Notes: generated by a model not told the origin, from the sequence alone. Shown: positions 1 to 10,067, counted from the first letter of the stretch. The stretch is 64,000 bases of DNA from Bdellovibrionales bacterium (GCA_005808505.1 SYLX01000231.1:260-64259), one strand, 5' to 3'. Numbers and translations are program-made.

Positions 1-2303
1 TCGGGATCGTAACCGACCGATTCGATCGGCGTACTCGCGAGAAGATAAAGAGACGAAATACCAAGCGCGGCATCCGCGAATGCTGATTTCAAATTACGAA
101 CGGAGCTTGCTTGATCTTCTTCGAGATCCGAGAGCGGACGACCGAAGAGAAGGACCGAGAGAATTTGGTCATCCTCAAGTGGCGGGTCGCTCGCAAAGCG
201 CACTTGCGGATCCGCCGTATCGCCGAGAACGAGCATCACGATGTCGTAATCAAGATAGTGTACGGTAACTTGACCGTTCATGCGCTGCTGACCTGACTCC
301 AAAAGGTCCAAGCGCAGCTCTTCGAGCACGGCATTCCGGCGGAATAAATCGACCGGCGTTCGGCCGATTACGATTGAACCCGTAATCGGTGACGGCTCTT
401 GAGCGCGCGCTTGCTCCTCTTGACTTGGCTTCACGGGAACTTCGTTCGTGAGGCCCGAGGTCATTGCGGAAACCGATCCGCGAGCGTCGTCATCTAAGAG
501 CTCGCGATTTGTATCGGGGCGCGCGCGGTCATTGTAAACGATATCCAGATCGATCGGGATCGCGCTCTTAGTCAGATTCGTCGCGATCTGAATCGCCTGA
601 GGCTGCGTCGTCGCCACGCGAAGACGGAAGTCCATTGGTTCGCGAGGCTTCGGCTTCTCTGCGGTTTTCGCTTGCTTGATTGGGCCAAAGCGAGCGTCTG
701 GTGCAAAGCGCGGTGGAACTCGCAGATCGAAGCGAGGAGCCGAAAGCCTCAGACGATCGATGAAGAGCGTGGCGTTCGTTGAAGGAATGAGCGCCTCGTT
801 CTTCTTTGAGAGCCCCGTCTCCCCTTCAAAGCGCAAATGAATCGCTTGGAAACGCGAATCGAGACGTGTCGCAAGTTGATAGCGAAGAGCGCCTCCGCCC
901 TCATTGATATTCGCTTGCGCGCGCAAACCAATGCCGCCATCCAACACGTTGAGAGGAGCAGGTACGGCAAACGGCGTCCTTCTCAACAAATCAACGATGC
1001 GCTGGAACTTGTCGCCAAGAATCTCGAGCGAACCTTCGACGGAGTAGCGTGGATCTTTCTCCGGCTCCATCAGGAAACTTCCGGCGAGATTCGTTTTCGC
1101 CTTCACGATTCCTTTGTGATCGAGATCCAGATCAAATTCGAAGTCCGCCTCTTTCGTATCGCCAAAAAGAATCCGGGTTAGGCGAAGCTCAAACGCCGGC
1201 GCAAGCGTGAAGAAGTCGCGGTTCTGGAGAAGGCTTTTCTCCTGAAGCTGCAAACGAACTGTTTGGGGGCCGCAGGAGAGTGCGCCCGTTTTTTCATCGA
1301 CGTTTGCGCGGATTCCGCAATTCACGAAATCAAGGGCGCGGACCTGCGAACCTTGCGCCCCGAACTTTGATGAGAACTTTCCATTGAAGAGGGCTTCGCG
1401 CAGCGCCCCTTCCAAACGAGCTTCGCGGATCGCTTTGATTCCTTTGAACTTCGTGCCGATGCGGAAGTCGAGCGAACGCCACGACTCGATATCGGCGTCC
1501 GCTTTCAAGTCGATGCTGGTGCGCGCTTTTAGACGAACGTTTCCGTCAGCAAAGAGCTTCCAGATCCTGGGTCCTTCCCCTTGCGCACCGGGATCTTTTA
1601 GAAAATTTTCGGGACGAATGAGACGGATCAAGGCGCCAGCGCGAAGTGGCCCGCCATCGGCCGCAAACTCACGAAGCTCGGCCCGAATTTCACGTTCAGG
1701 TTCGTTGGTCGTGAGATCAAACGAAGCCCGATAGGCCGTGTCAGGATTTAATTTGAGCGCCATCGATTTGATCTCGATGTGACTTCCTTCGATTCGCCAC
1801 TTCGGGAGCACTTCTTTTCGCAAAAATTCTACTAGATCGAACTGACTGGGCTCTTCTTTCTTTTCGCTCTCGGGAAATTTCGTGACGTCGACATTGACGT
1901 CTCCGCCCGTCATGACGATCGGGTCGATCCACGCAAGCTGGGGCATCCAGAACGGAGCTCCTTCAGGTCGATCGGCGCTGAAGCCACCTGCAAGGCCAAG
2001 CCGAATATCGGCAAAGCACGTGTCGACCGCTTCACCTTCGTACCGCACACAGAGGTTCTTTGTTTGGAGCTTCAAGTATTTCGCAAACAAGCGATTTTCA
2101 GGGCGCAAAATTTCAAACTGCGCATCGTCGAATTTCAGTTCGACAGTTGCGGGCATCACCTTGGCGAGTGCCCACCGGATTCTATCGGGCCCGATTTTGA
2201 ACTCAGGCGTGACAAAGAAAAATCCTACCAAGCCGACCACGAGGGTCACGACTACGAGCAGGAGGACCGCGAGGACCTTGATCAAACCTTTCACGACTGC
2301 CAT
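1..2303 (-). CDS. tamB: TamB/AsmA-like translocation-assembly module protein (runs off the window's left edge)
   Basis: Missing from the ORF track, consistent with no stop before position 1. Manual translation from ATG at 2303 (overlapping the tamA TGA) gives MAVVKGLIKVLAVLLLVVVTLVVGLVGFFF, an N-terminal membrane anchor. The same frame near 1-300 reads DPQVRFASDPPLEDDQILSVLLFGRP, typical of the DUF490/TamB C-terminus. Confidence 0.8.
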   Translation of the reverse strand, partial: MAVVKGLIKVLAVLLLVVVTLVVGLVGFFFVTPEFKIGPDRIRWALAKVMPATVELKFDDAQFEILRPENRLFAKYLKLQTKNLCVRYEGEAVDTCFADIRLGLAGGFSADRPEGAPFWMPQLAWIDPIVMTGGDVNVDVTKFPESEKKEEPSQFDLVEFLRKEVLPKWRIEGSHIEIKSMALKLNPDTAYRASFDLTTNEPEREIRAELREFAADGGPLRAGALIRLIRPENFLKDPGAQGEGPRIWKLFADGNVRLKARTSIDLKADADIESWRSLDFRIGTKFKGIKAIREARLEGALREALFNGKFSSKFGAQGSQVRALDFVNCGIRANVDEKTGALSCGPQTVRLQLQEKSLLQNRDFFTLAPAFELRLTRILFGDTKEADFEFDLDLDHKGIVKAKTNLAGSFLMEPEKDPRYSVEGSLEILGDKFQRIVDLLRRTPFAVPAPLNVLDGGIGLRAQANINEGGGALRYQLATRLDSRFQAIHLRFEGETGLSKKNEALIPSTNATLFIDRLRLSAPRFDLRVPPRFAPDARFGPIKQAKTAEKPKPREPMDFRLRVATTQPQAIQIATNLTKSAIPIDLDIVYNDRARPDTNRELLDDDARGSVSAMTSGLTNEVPVKPSQEEQARAQEPSPITGSIVIGRTPVDLFRRNAVLEELRLDLLESGQQRMNGQVTVHYLDYDIVMLVLGDTADPQVRFASDPPLEDDQILSVLLFGRPLSDLEEDQASSVRNLKSAFADAALGISSLYLLASTPIESVGYDP

Positions 2304-4180
2304 CAGAACTCCTCTCCGAAGGTGAAGCCGAAACGGAAGTTTCTATCGTAGCCCTGGGACCCAGCCGGTTCTTCCAAAGCGAATCTCTGCGCAACGTACG
2401 CACGCAAGGTACCCACGGGGGATTCCCAACGTACGCCGAGACCTGGCGACATCAAAATGGGTTTTTCTAAAGCGAAAGATTTTCCGCCAAGTAAGCCCGC
2501 ATCTAAAAATCCGAAGACGTCCGCGCGCCGGAAGAGAACTTTATGCAAACGGGCTTCAAAACCGGTGGTTGCTCCCGAGAGAGCACCAAGACCTGAGCGA
2601 GGAAGACTTCGAGATTCAAACCCTCTTAAATCGCGCTCGCCACCGAGGAAAGTCAAAAAGCGGAGTGGGAGACGAGATTGAAGATCTCCGTCTTCCGGAG
2701 AGAAAACCGAGCTCAAGCTATAACGAAGACCGAGAATCAATAGCGGCGGATCATAGCGTCCGATGTCCCAAAGTTTTTCGCCGCTGATTTCCAGTCGTTG
2801 TGCAGTTACGGGCGAAGCCCAGCTTCTTTGCGTCGCTAGGAAAGCTCCTCGCACAAACTCCCCTTTGCGCGGGCTTGTATTGAAGAACTCGAAGTCGTGA
2901 CTGATCCACTCGGTGTTGACTTCCAAGAGTGCGAGCGAAGTATCCGAACCTTCGCCGCGGAAAATCCGCTGCGCTTGGTAAGAGGGACCCACGCGAACTT
3001 CCAGCTGACCGTCGGTGAACTCGTGATTCCAGCCGTGGAAAAGACCGGGCGCCACGTTTTCGAAGTCGCGGGCACTCTCAGCCGTGTGCTCGTACGTAAC
3101 GTTGGGTTCGAGAAATGACCTTGCCTCCGAGGTTGAGTAATACCAGCGGTAACGCGAGTTCAAGATCTGGCTGTTCACGTTCGGTTCGCGGTAAGACAAA
3201 TTGAGGCGAGCTTCCGCGGAGGAAGCACTCTCCCCGATTCGGTTCTGTCGAAGGATCACGCGCAAACGCGCGCCGCGGTCGTTGCTGTAGCCAGCACCGA
3301 CTCGAACCGTGCGCGAAGGACCAAGATTTACGTCACGAACAATGGTGACGGTTGCGGGCTGACCGGGCGAAGTCGGAAGCGGCTCGCATCGGGCCGAGAG
3401 AAGGAGCGTTTGTAGAAAACCGTCTTCTTGAGTGCGACGGCGTGTCAGCGAGATCAGTCGTTCGCGATAAACTTGGCCGACCTTAAAGGCGTTGTAGCGA
3501 TCGAGAACGCCGGGACGTAGCCCCGTGTCCCCCGTATCTTCAATGCCGCTGATAATGCGAAGTTCACCGGGCCTGAGTTCGACGACCGCTTCGCCCGTGA
3601 GAGGATCGGCACGGCTTTCTGCCGTCGCGCAGGCGTAGCCTTCGTCTTTGATCTGCGACAGCGCCCAACCTTGAAGATCGTTGAGTAGAGGCGGCGTAAG
3701 AGGTTGCCCGATGACGAGTCGGCGCGTGGGCGGAACCCATGTGGATGGTCCACCCGTGATCGTAAATTTCGATAATTTACTCTGCCCGCCCGGTCGAACA
3801 AACAGGATCTCGCCGTCTTGGATGAACTCAGGCTGGTGATGAGCCCGCGCCTGCAAAAATCCTTTTAGAAAATAAGCCGCTTGGTTGGGAGGAATAGTTG
3901 CCCAAGGCGTTCCCACGTTATCTTGCGTAGAGTCGCCGCAGAGAAGGCGAGTTTCCATCGGACCAAAATCAAAATCGCCGCGATTTTCCATGCGAATCGT
4001 GGGGCAAAGCTCGGCAAATGCACCCGCTTCGGGACGCGCGCGAAAACCCGGCTCAGAGCGAGGCAGAAGAGACGGCGTTGGAGCTCCTTCCTCAGGCGCT
4101 GGTGCTTCCTGCGCATGCGAACGGACCGAAGCCGCAAGCGCGAGGCTCACGGCAAAGAAAGCGAGAATAAAAAGTCTCAA
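2303..4180 (-). CDS. tamA: Omp85/TamA-family outer-membrane protein (POTRA domains + beta-barrel)
   Basis: Signal peptide; GGERDLRGF (VRGF-like) loop motif; GLGVRWESPVGTLR; terminal Phe; directly upstream of a TamB-like gene. Confidence 0.85.
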   Translation of the reverse strand: MRLFILAFFAVSLALAASVRSHAQEAPAPEEGAPTPSLLPRSEPGFRARPEAGAFAELCPTIRMENRGDFDFGPMETRLLCGDSTQDNVGTPWATIPPNQAAYFLKGFLQARAHHQPEFIQDGEILFVRPGGQSKLSKFTITGGPSTWVPPTRRLVIGQPLTPPLLNDLQGWALSQIKDEGYACATAESRADPLTGEAVVELRPGELRIISGIEDTGDTGLRPGVLDRYNAFKVGQVYRERLISLTRRRTQEDGFLQTLLLSARCEPLPTSPGQPATVTIVRDVNLGPSRTVRVGAGYSNDRGARLRVILRQNRIGESASSAEARLNLSYREPNVNSQILNSRYRWYYSTSEARSFLEPNVTYEHTAESARDFENVAPGLFHGWNHEFTDGQLEVRVGPSYQAQRIFRGEGSDTSLALLEVNTEWISHDFEFFNTSPRKGEFVRGAFLATQRSWASPVTAQRLEISGEKLWDIGRYDPPLLILGLRYSLSSVFSPEDGDLQSRLPLRFLTFLGGERDLRGFESRSLPRSGLGALSGATTGFEARLHKVLFRRADVFGFLDAGLLGGKSFALEKPILMSPGLGVRWESPVGTLRAYVAQRFALEEPAGSQGYDRNFRFGFTFGEEF

Positions 4181-6492
4181 GTGGTTCTCCTCAACCGTTT
4201 GATGAGTCGGGGCAGTAAGAATGAGAAGAGGCTCAGGGCAATCAAGACCCAGAGAAGTCCATACCAGCTTCGGGTATCTGACAAACCGACAGCTGAATTA
4301 GAAAGCAGTGTCAATGCGAGGACGCCAGGTGATAATCCGATCATCGTGCCGAGAACGTAATTACGCAGCGGCACGCGCAAACCGCCCGCAACGATCCCCA
4401 CGGCCGTAAAAGGGGCGATCGGAGCTAACCTTACGGCAACGACCGCCCAAACCCCGCCGCGGCTCATTTGATCTGAGAGTTTCTGCACCCAAGGTCGATT
4501 GAGAACTCGACTCTTCGACCAAGCCCAGTAACGACCAATGCCGTACATCGCAGTTGCCGAAAGCGTTGCGCCTGCGAGCGCCAGCACCACGGCTTGCTCC
4601 GCCGGAAACGCGATCGCAACTCCGAGGATCATGGCGGTAACTGGCACAAGGATCAGAGAACCAATCACAAAGCCGATGAGCACGACGGGAAACGCCCACG
4701 ACTGCTCGCGAAAGGCTGCAAGCTGCGATGCGATCTTTTCAGCATCCCAAGATCGAGACCACATCCATGCGTTCTCAACAAGCTGCGCCGGGCTCGGCCA
4801 GTTAGATAATGAAGCAGGCAGTCTTCCTTGCGCTTCAAGATGCGACATCAAGAAGAGTCCGAGGGTGACAACTAAAACAAGGGTAGCCGCCATCACGTGG
4901 CGCGCTCGCCAAAGACGATCGGCGAACCAACGCCGGATGCCGTTGGGCTCGCTCGGATCAACCCAATCTTTCGGCGGTGCAACTTTACGGACCCACTCTG
5001 GCACAGTCGGATGGATCGGCACTAAAGTCCGCTTACCACCTAAAAAAGATTCGACGGTTTTGACGAGCGAACCGTTGATTCTAAAACGCGCCTCGAATTC
5101 GTTACTCGCAACTCCTAGGTGTTCACCGAGAAGGTCCGCACGAAGTTTTGCAAACGCCTCGCGCACCTCTTTGCGACCCAGAGCTTCGACCGACAGATCG
5201 CATTCGGTATCAAGCCCCATGGAGCGTGAATTCATATTTGCGGAGCCGATGCGCAAGAAGACATCGTCAACCACCATCACTTTTGAGTGGACTTTGACGT
5301 AGCCCTCTTCAAGGCCGGGTACGATCGGATGATAAGCGCGGAAGCGGCCGAAGCGATCCGCTTTCTCGACGATGCGAAGAGCTTCTGATCGAAGGAGGCC
5401 CATCGTGCTCTCCTCAATCCACCCCGTCTGGTCGCGCGGAAGAACCATCACGAACTCAGGACCTTCTGGTTCTTTGAGCCGATCGGCGATCGCGTGCGCC
5501 ACGTCACTTGAGGTGAAGTACTGGTTCTCGATGTAAACGTACTTTCGAGCCGATCGAATCGCATCCAGGAAAAGCTTCTGCACTTCGCAGACAGGCGTTT
5601 GCGCGCCGAACGCTTTTTCAGCGTAGGCAAGTGGAAGCGTGCGCGAGATCGCAAACTCAACATCGCGCAAGTTTTCAGATGCACCCGCGGGCCACGGAGC
5701 TTGCGTGTTAGCTCGAGGTGCCGAGCGGTCCAACACCTCTCCGGTCGCCACTTTCCACCGCTCGCGAACCAGATCTCCGAGTGTTCGTGCAACTTCACCT
5801 TCCACGCAGAGCTGAACGTCATGGAAAGGTCCGTAGACGTGACCACCCGGATCCACCCGGCGCAGATCAACACCCTTGTGTTCGGGCGTATCCCAACGAC
5901 GCTGCGTAATATCGAGGCCACCCGAAAATGCAACTTGATCATCGACGACTACGATCTTCTGATGATGGCTAGCTAACGTCGGATGTTCGCGATCTAGAAC
6001 AAATCGGAGTCGATCCGTGGAAAGAGAAGAATATTTGAAGCTCGGCAGCCCTTCGCGCTCAAAGAGATAGATGAAAGCGAAGTCCCAGCTCAAAACATAG
6101 ATCCGGAGATCAGGTCTCGCATCGGTGAGGGCTTTTAAAAAAGTGCCGAGTTGAATCGACTCGCGCCATTCGTGACCGGGAACCGCTACGCCCTCTGGCC
6201 ACGGAAGCTCCGTGCGCGTATCCGTATCCCAACCGACGATAATGAGTTGCTTCTCGGCTTGCGCCGCGGCTTCTACAAAAGCGCGGAAGAAAGCATCGGC
6301 GTCGATCAAAAACGAGGCTCGTTTAGCCTTGCCAGCGAGCCAGAAATTTCTGTCGGGACGAAAGATCGATGATGGCAAAACGCTCGGCTCCTCGCTTTTC
6401 GCATGGCGTTTGAGGCGATGCAAACTGAGGGAGAAAAGAGAGTTCGCTAGCGGGTCGTTGATGGCTTCATTTTGAGTCTCTCCCGCTCTCAT
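4177..6492 (-). CDS. Phospholipase D/cardiolipin-synthase-like protein fused to a C-terminal VTT (DedA/SNARE-associated) membrane domain
   Basis: Two HKD motifs (HQKIVVVD, HSKVMVVD) with GGLD and GSAN. Hydrophobic C-terminus with RLAPIAPF...YVLGT, typical of VTT/DedA. Exact start uncertain. Confidence 0.88.
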   Translation of the reverse strand: MRAGETQNEAINDPLANSLFSLSLHRLKRHAKSEEPSVLPSSIFRPDRNFWLAGKAKRASFLIDADAFFRAFVEAAAQAEKQLIIVGWDTDTRTELPWPEGVAVPGHEWRESIQLGTFLKALTDARPDLRIYVLSWDFAFIYLFEREGLPSFKYSSLSTDRLRFVLDREHPTLASHHQKIVVVDDQVAFSGGLDITQRRWDTPEHKGVDLRRVDPGGHVYGPFHDVQLCVEGEVARTLGDLVRERWKVATGEVLDRSAPRANTQAPWPAGASENLRDVEFAISRTLPLAYAEKAFGAQTPVCEVQKLFLDAIRSARKYVYIENQYFTSSDVAHAIADRLKEPEGPEFVMVLPRDQTGWIEESTMGLLRSEALRIVEKADRFGRFRAYHPIVPGLEEGYVKVHSKVMVVDDVFLRIGSANMNSRSMGLDTECDLSVEALGRKEVREAFAKLRADLLGEHLGVASNEFEARFRINGSLVKTVESFLGGKRTLVPIHPTVPEWVRKVAPPKDWVDPSEPNGIRRWFADRLWRARHVMAATLVLVVTLGLFLMSHLEAQGRLPASLSNWPSPAQLVENAWMWSRSWDAEKIASQLAAFREQSWAFPVVLIGFVIGSLILVPVTAMILGVAIAFPAEQAVVLALAGATLSATAMYGIGRYWAWSKSRVLNRPWVQKLSDQMSRGGVWAVVAVRLAPIAPFTAVGIVAGGLRVPLRNYVLGTMIGLSPGVLALTLLSNSAVGLSDTRSWYGLLWVLIALSLFSFLLPRLIKRLRRTT

Positions 6493-6751
6493 GTGAATTG
6501 ATTAGCGGAACTCCAAGGAACGAGCAATAGACCAGGGACCGACTCGATCGGATGTGGCGAAATGACTACAAATCTACAGACGTTCGCCCATTCGAGGTCA
6601 CAGCGCGGAGGTACAAATCCTGTTGATGCCGAATTCACCCGCCTGAATTTTTGGCAATTCCGCAATAGAATCTCCACGCGAATCAAATGAGGCGCCCGCG
6701 GTTTTTTTTGCTACCGTCTGTCTCAGTGCTCAGCTCGATCGGCGTCAATGA

Positions 6752-6784
6752 CTGACTAGATCGGTCTGACTAGATCGGACTGAT
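6752..6784. repeat. 14-bp-period direct repeat CTGACTAGATCGG x2 plus a partial third copy, in a divergent intergenic region
   Basis: CTGACTAGATCGG at 6752-6764 and 6766-6778; CTGA restarts at 6780. Confidence 0.7.
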
Positions 6785-6863
6785 GCGACGGCGAGAGTTT
6801 TCCAGCAAGCCTGACGAAAACACCTGGCCGAAACACATTGTCTAAAACACCCGGAGGTACAGC

Positions 6864-7565
6864 TTGAAAAACGTGAAGGGACGCACGAAGCATTGGACGG
6901 TGATCCTTTTGGCGATCGGGATTGTATCTTCATTCGGCGCTTCAATCGTGCGCGGTCAGAGCGCGCGTCAACCGGAAGCAAAACTTCTCCCTGTCTCTAA
7001 ATCGCAAGCAACGGAAGTTGTCGGCGCTGACGTCGGTTCGATTTCTCTTTCGACCAATTCTTTGGGAACTAGCGGACCGAGGGAGCGAACTTCGAGCTAC
7101 GATGACCGACGAGTTTCCTCGCTTATCTGCACGATGAGTTCGTTTTTCTCCATCGATCCCGACGAGATCGTCGACAGCAAAGCGACTTTCGACGGACGCG
7201 GACTTTTAAGCTGCCGCAACGATCAAGGCTTCACGACGGAGCTTCCCGTTCTTGTCGACGTCTCGGCCGAGTTCGTCGGAAGCCAACGTGCACAGGGCGA
7301 GATCGCCGTCTCCGGAAACAGCTCGCCTTTTGTCATCCCTCGCGACGTCAATCAACTTCAAGATGCTTACGTGATTCGTTCTCCTGCGGTGACGACGGTA
7401 GCCGCGACGAACGAAGCCAACGACGCTTCACTTCTCTTGCGTGGTCTTCGCAACGATCTCGTGATGGAATTGAAATTGAACTCTCAAGCGAGCGATTTAA
7501 AGGCTTTGAAGATCACGAGCCTTCGCCTTCGCTTTGACGAAACGGCCCCTGATTTCGCGCCCTGA
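6864..7565 (+). CDS. Secreted hypothetical protein
   Basis: GGAGG RBS before the TTG start; hydrophobic N-terminal signal; 233 aa; two Cys. Confidence 0.7.
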   Translation: MKNVKGRTKHWTVILLAIGIVSSFGASIVRGQSARQPEAKLLPVSKSQATEVVGADVGSISLSTNSLGTSGPRERTSSYDDRRVSSLICTMSSFFSIDPDEIVDSKATFDGRGLLSCRNDQGFTTELPVLVDVSAEFVGSQRAQGEIAVSGNSSPFVIPRDVNQLQDAYVIRSPAVTTVAATNEANDASLLLRGLRNDLVMELKLNSQASDLKALKITSLRLRFDETAPDFAP

Positions 7566-7657
7566 CCTGGACCTTTTAAGGTTGTTTCTTCGTTCTGCCG
7601 ACTCCGGATCTTGAATCTCGCTTAAGCACGATTCAAACTGGAGTCGGAGGATCGCCG

Positions 7658-8080
7658 ATGCCATCACTACAGACTTCCCTTCTCGTTCTCGGTTTTTCGC
7701 TTTCGATCGCCTCGCCCGCCGTCGCGCAGGCTCCTAAAAAGAAAAGCAAAAATGAACAAGCCGAATCGGTGAAAACCCGCAAAGATTTGCTTGAGCAGAC
7801 GATCATGACGCTGAACAAAAACAAGAAGTGCCAAGTCGATGGCGAATGCGAAGCGCTCGAGATGGGCTCGAGAATTTGCGGCGGCCCAAGTCAGTACTTG
7901 ATTGTGTCGCTTTCGAATCCGCAGTTCTCTTCGGTGAAAGCAAAAGTCACTGAATACACGGCAGTTGAAAAGGAACTTAATCTCGTTGATCCGCCGAACG
8001 ATTGCCCACCGGCACCGAATCAGCCCGACCCGAAATGCTCAAAAGAAAAAGAAGAGTGCTACAACGGACCTCGGCGATAA
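7658..8080 (+). CDS. Small secreted Cys-rich hypothetical protein
   Basis: GGAGGA RBS; signal peptide ending AVA-QA; CxxDxxC...GSRICGGPxxY motif; six Cys. Confidence 0.78.
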   Translation: MPSLQTSLLVLGFSLSIASPAVAQAPKKKSKNEQAESVKTRKDLLEQTIMTLNKNKKCQVDGECEALEMGSRICGGPSQYLIVSLSNPQFSSVKAKVTEYTAVEKELNLVDPPNDCPPAPNQPDPKCSKEKEECYNGPRR

Positions 8081-8104
8081 ATCGCGCGCTCCCTTTAGGC
8101 CAGA

Positions 8105-9088
8105 TCAGCTAGGCAGATCAGTTACGAGCGGCCCGCTTTGCATATCGTACTTGAACAATCGATAGAGCTCTCGATTCACGGGCCCGATTTGACCGGGGCC
8201 TCCGCCGACCGCGCGGCTCTCAAAGAGCGTCACGGGTAAACAGTCGAGAGTTGTTCCGAGCATCATGGCCTCGGCCGCATTGAAAACATCTTCTTTCGTG
8301 ATGTGCGCGTTCCGCACGCTTCGCAAGATGCCTTTCGGAACGAGATGTTTTTCCGCAAGCTCCATCGCGCGAACAGCGGTGACTCCTTTGAGAGTTCGCG
8401 AAAATCCGGGGACAAGAAAATCCCCCTCTTTCGTGACGATCGCAAAGTTTTCGGTTGATGACTCCGCTAAATATCCGTTCTCGTCCTTGGAGACCGAGAA
8501 GTCGACACCGCGGTCCATCGCCTCTTTTTTCATGAGAACATTCGGAAGATAGTTGCAGCTCTTTACGGTAGCGAAAATCCCCTCTTTCACCGGGATGGAG
8601 CTCACCATCACGCTTACGCCTTTGTCGTACTTCTCCTGAAGCAAACTGCGAAGCGGCGTGATGACCAAGTAAACCTGCGCGGAGATGACCTCATAGGGGT
8701 TCGTCGTGAAACCTCCAGGACCTCGAGAGATGTAGAACCTCAGGAGAGCGTGGATCGCATTTGAAGCTTTCGTAGTCTCCACGCAGATCTCGCGTAACTC
8801 CTGAATGGAATGAGGAAGTTTGAGGCTCACCATTTCAGCTGAGCGCGCGAGCCGCTCCAAATGGCGATCGAGCGCGTAGATCTTGCAGTCGACGCATTTG
8901 ATCGCTTCAAAAACGCCATCCCCCCGATGAACCATGTGATCATCGATCGGAAGCATCATCAGCTCTGGGTCCGTCACGATGCCGCCGTACCAACTCGAGT
9001 ACATAGCCATGTAGTCTTTTCGTGAGGGATGAGGAGTCTGTTCCAACCGACGAACGACATCATCGAAGCTGAGCCGTGTGAGTGCCAT
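8105..9088 (-). CDS. PLP fold-type IV aminotransferase (D-amino-acid transaminase / ADC-lyase type)
   Basis: HRGDGVFE; HLERL..SA; catalytic Lys in VKSCNYL; LKGVT. Confidence 0.9.
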   Translation of the reverse strand: MALTRLSFDDVVRRLEQTPHPSRKDYMAMYSSWYGGIVTDPELMMLPIDDHMVHRGDGVFEAIKCVDCKIYALDRHLERLARSAEMVSLKLPHSIQELREICVETTKASNAIHALLRFYISRGPGGFTTNPYEVISAQVYLVITPLRSLLQEKYDKGVSVMVSSIPVKEGIFATVKSCNYLPNVLMKKEAMDRGVDFSVSKDENGYLAESSTENFAIVTKEGDFLVPGFSRTLKGVTAVRAMELAEKHLVPKGILRSVRNAHITKEDVFNAAEAMMLGTTLDCLPVTLFESRAVGGGPGQIGPVNRELYRLFKYDMQSGPLVTDLPS

Positions 9089-9229
9089 CTCTCTACCTCA
9101 TCTGTCTGCGGTTACGAGCTGATCTTCACTAAATTAAAACCTGGATCTTTTCCTTCAGCAACGCCCGTGTTTCGCAACGACCACTTACGATCGTTGACTT
9201 TGGCTACGTGCCCTCGGGACACTTGGGGA

Positions 9230-10036
9230 ATGGATTACCTACACGCCATCATCCTCGCCATCATCGAAGGCTTAACCGAGTACCTGCCGATCAGCTCAAC
9301 GGGGCATTTGATCATCGCATCCTCGCTCTTGGGGATTGCGGAAAAACCCTTCACCAAAGACTTCACGATCATCGTGCAATTTGGCGCGATCCTTTCGGTT
9401 TTGGTGCTTTACTGGCGACGCTTCGTCACCTCTCGCGAAATTTACTTTAAGCTTCTCGTCGCGTTTGCACCGGCGGCGGTCATCGGGCTTGCGGTCAAGA
9501 ACGTGATCGATCGGATCCTCGGTGACGTAACGGTCGTGGCCGTCGCACTTATCCTCGGTGGTCTAGTTCTGCTCGTAGTGGATCGGTTCTTTGCCGGTCA
9601 AGAAAAAGCACTTAAGGAATCCGGTAAAGGCACCGTGAACGAAATCACCTACAAACAAAGTCTCGTCATCGGACTTTTTCAATGTCTCGCTTTTATCCCT
9701 GGCGTGTCGCGCTCAGCCTCATCGATCGTCGGTGGTCTGTCGACAAAGCTGACCCGCGAAGCGGCGGCTGAATTTTCGTTTTTGCTCGCGGTGCCGACTT
9801 TGACGGCCGCAACGGGGCTCAAACTTCTTAAGCTCTACAAGACGATCGAAGTTGAGCAGATCTGGGTGATCGTTCTTGGTAATTTCGTCTCGTTCATCGT
9901 GGGTGCAATCACCATCAAACTCTTTCTCGGGTTTCTCACGCGCCACGGCTTTTTTGTTTTCGGGATCTATCGCATTCTCGTGGGCGCGTTGATCCTGGCG
10001 CTTCTGGCGAGCGGGTATCACCTGCAGTTGATGTAA
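9230..10036 (+). CDS. uppP: Undecaprenyl-diphosphate phosphatase
   Basis: IEGLTEYLPISSTGH, PGVSRS, AAEFSFLLAVP. Start moved to MDYLHA at 9230; the longer ORF overlaps the divergent gene. Confidence 0.95.
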   Translation: MDYLHAIILAIIEGLTEYLPISSTGHLIIASSLLGIAEKPFTKDFTIIVQFGAILSVLVLYWRRFVTSREIYFKLLVAFAPAAVIGLAVKNVIDRILGDVTVVAVALILGGLVLLVVDRFFAGQEKALKESGKGTVNEITYKQSLVIGLFQCLAFIPGVSRSASSIVGGLSTKLTREAAAEFSFLLAVPTLTAATGLKLLKLYKTIEVEQIWVIVLGNFVSFIVGAITIKLFLGFLTRHGFFVFGIYRILVGALILALLASGYHLQLM

Positions 10037-10067
10037 TTCACGGAATCGCGATCGCCGGAGGTGAGCC

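Noticed and set aside
80-2351. Numerous short plus-strand ORFs
   Set aside because: Antisense to the open tamB frame.
6690-6710. GC stretch plus T8 as a terminator or riboswitch end
   Set aside because: No convincing stem and no recognisable aptamer.
9029-9229. N-terminal extensions in the ORF track (uppP here; also tolC, exoD, the lipid kinase and the ABC ATPase)
   Set aside because: The extensions overlap neighbouring genes or lack family similarity; downstream ATGs fit better.
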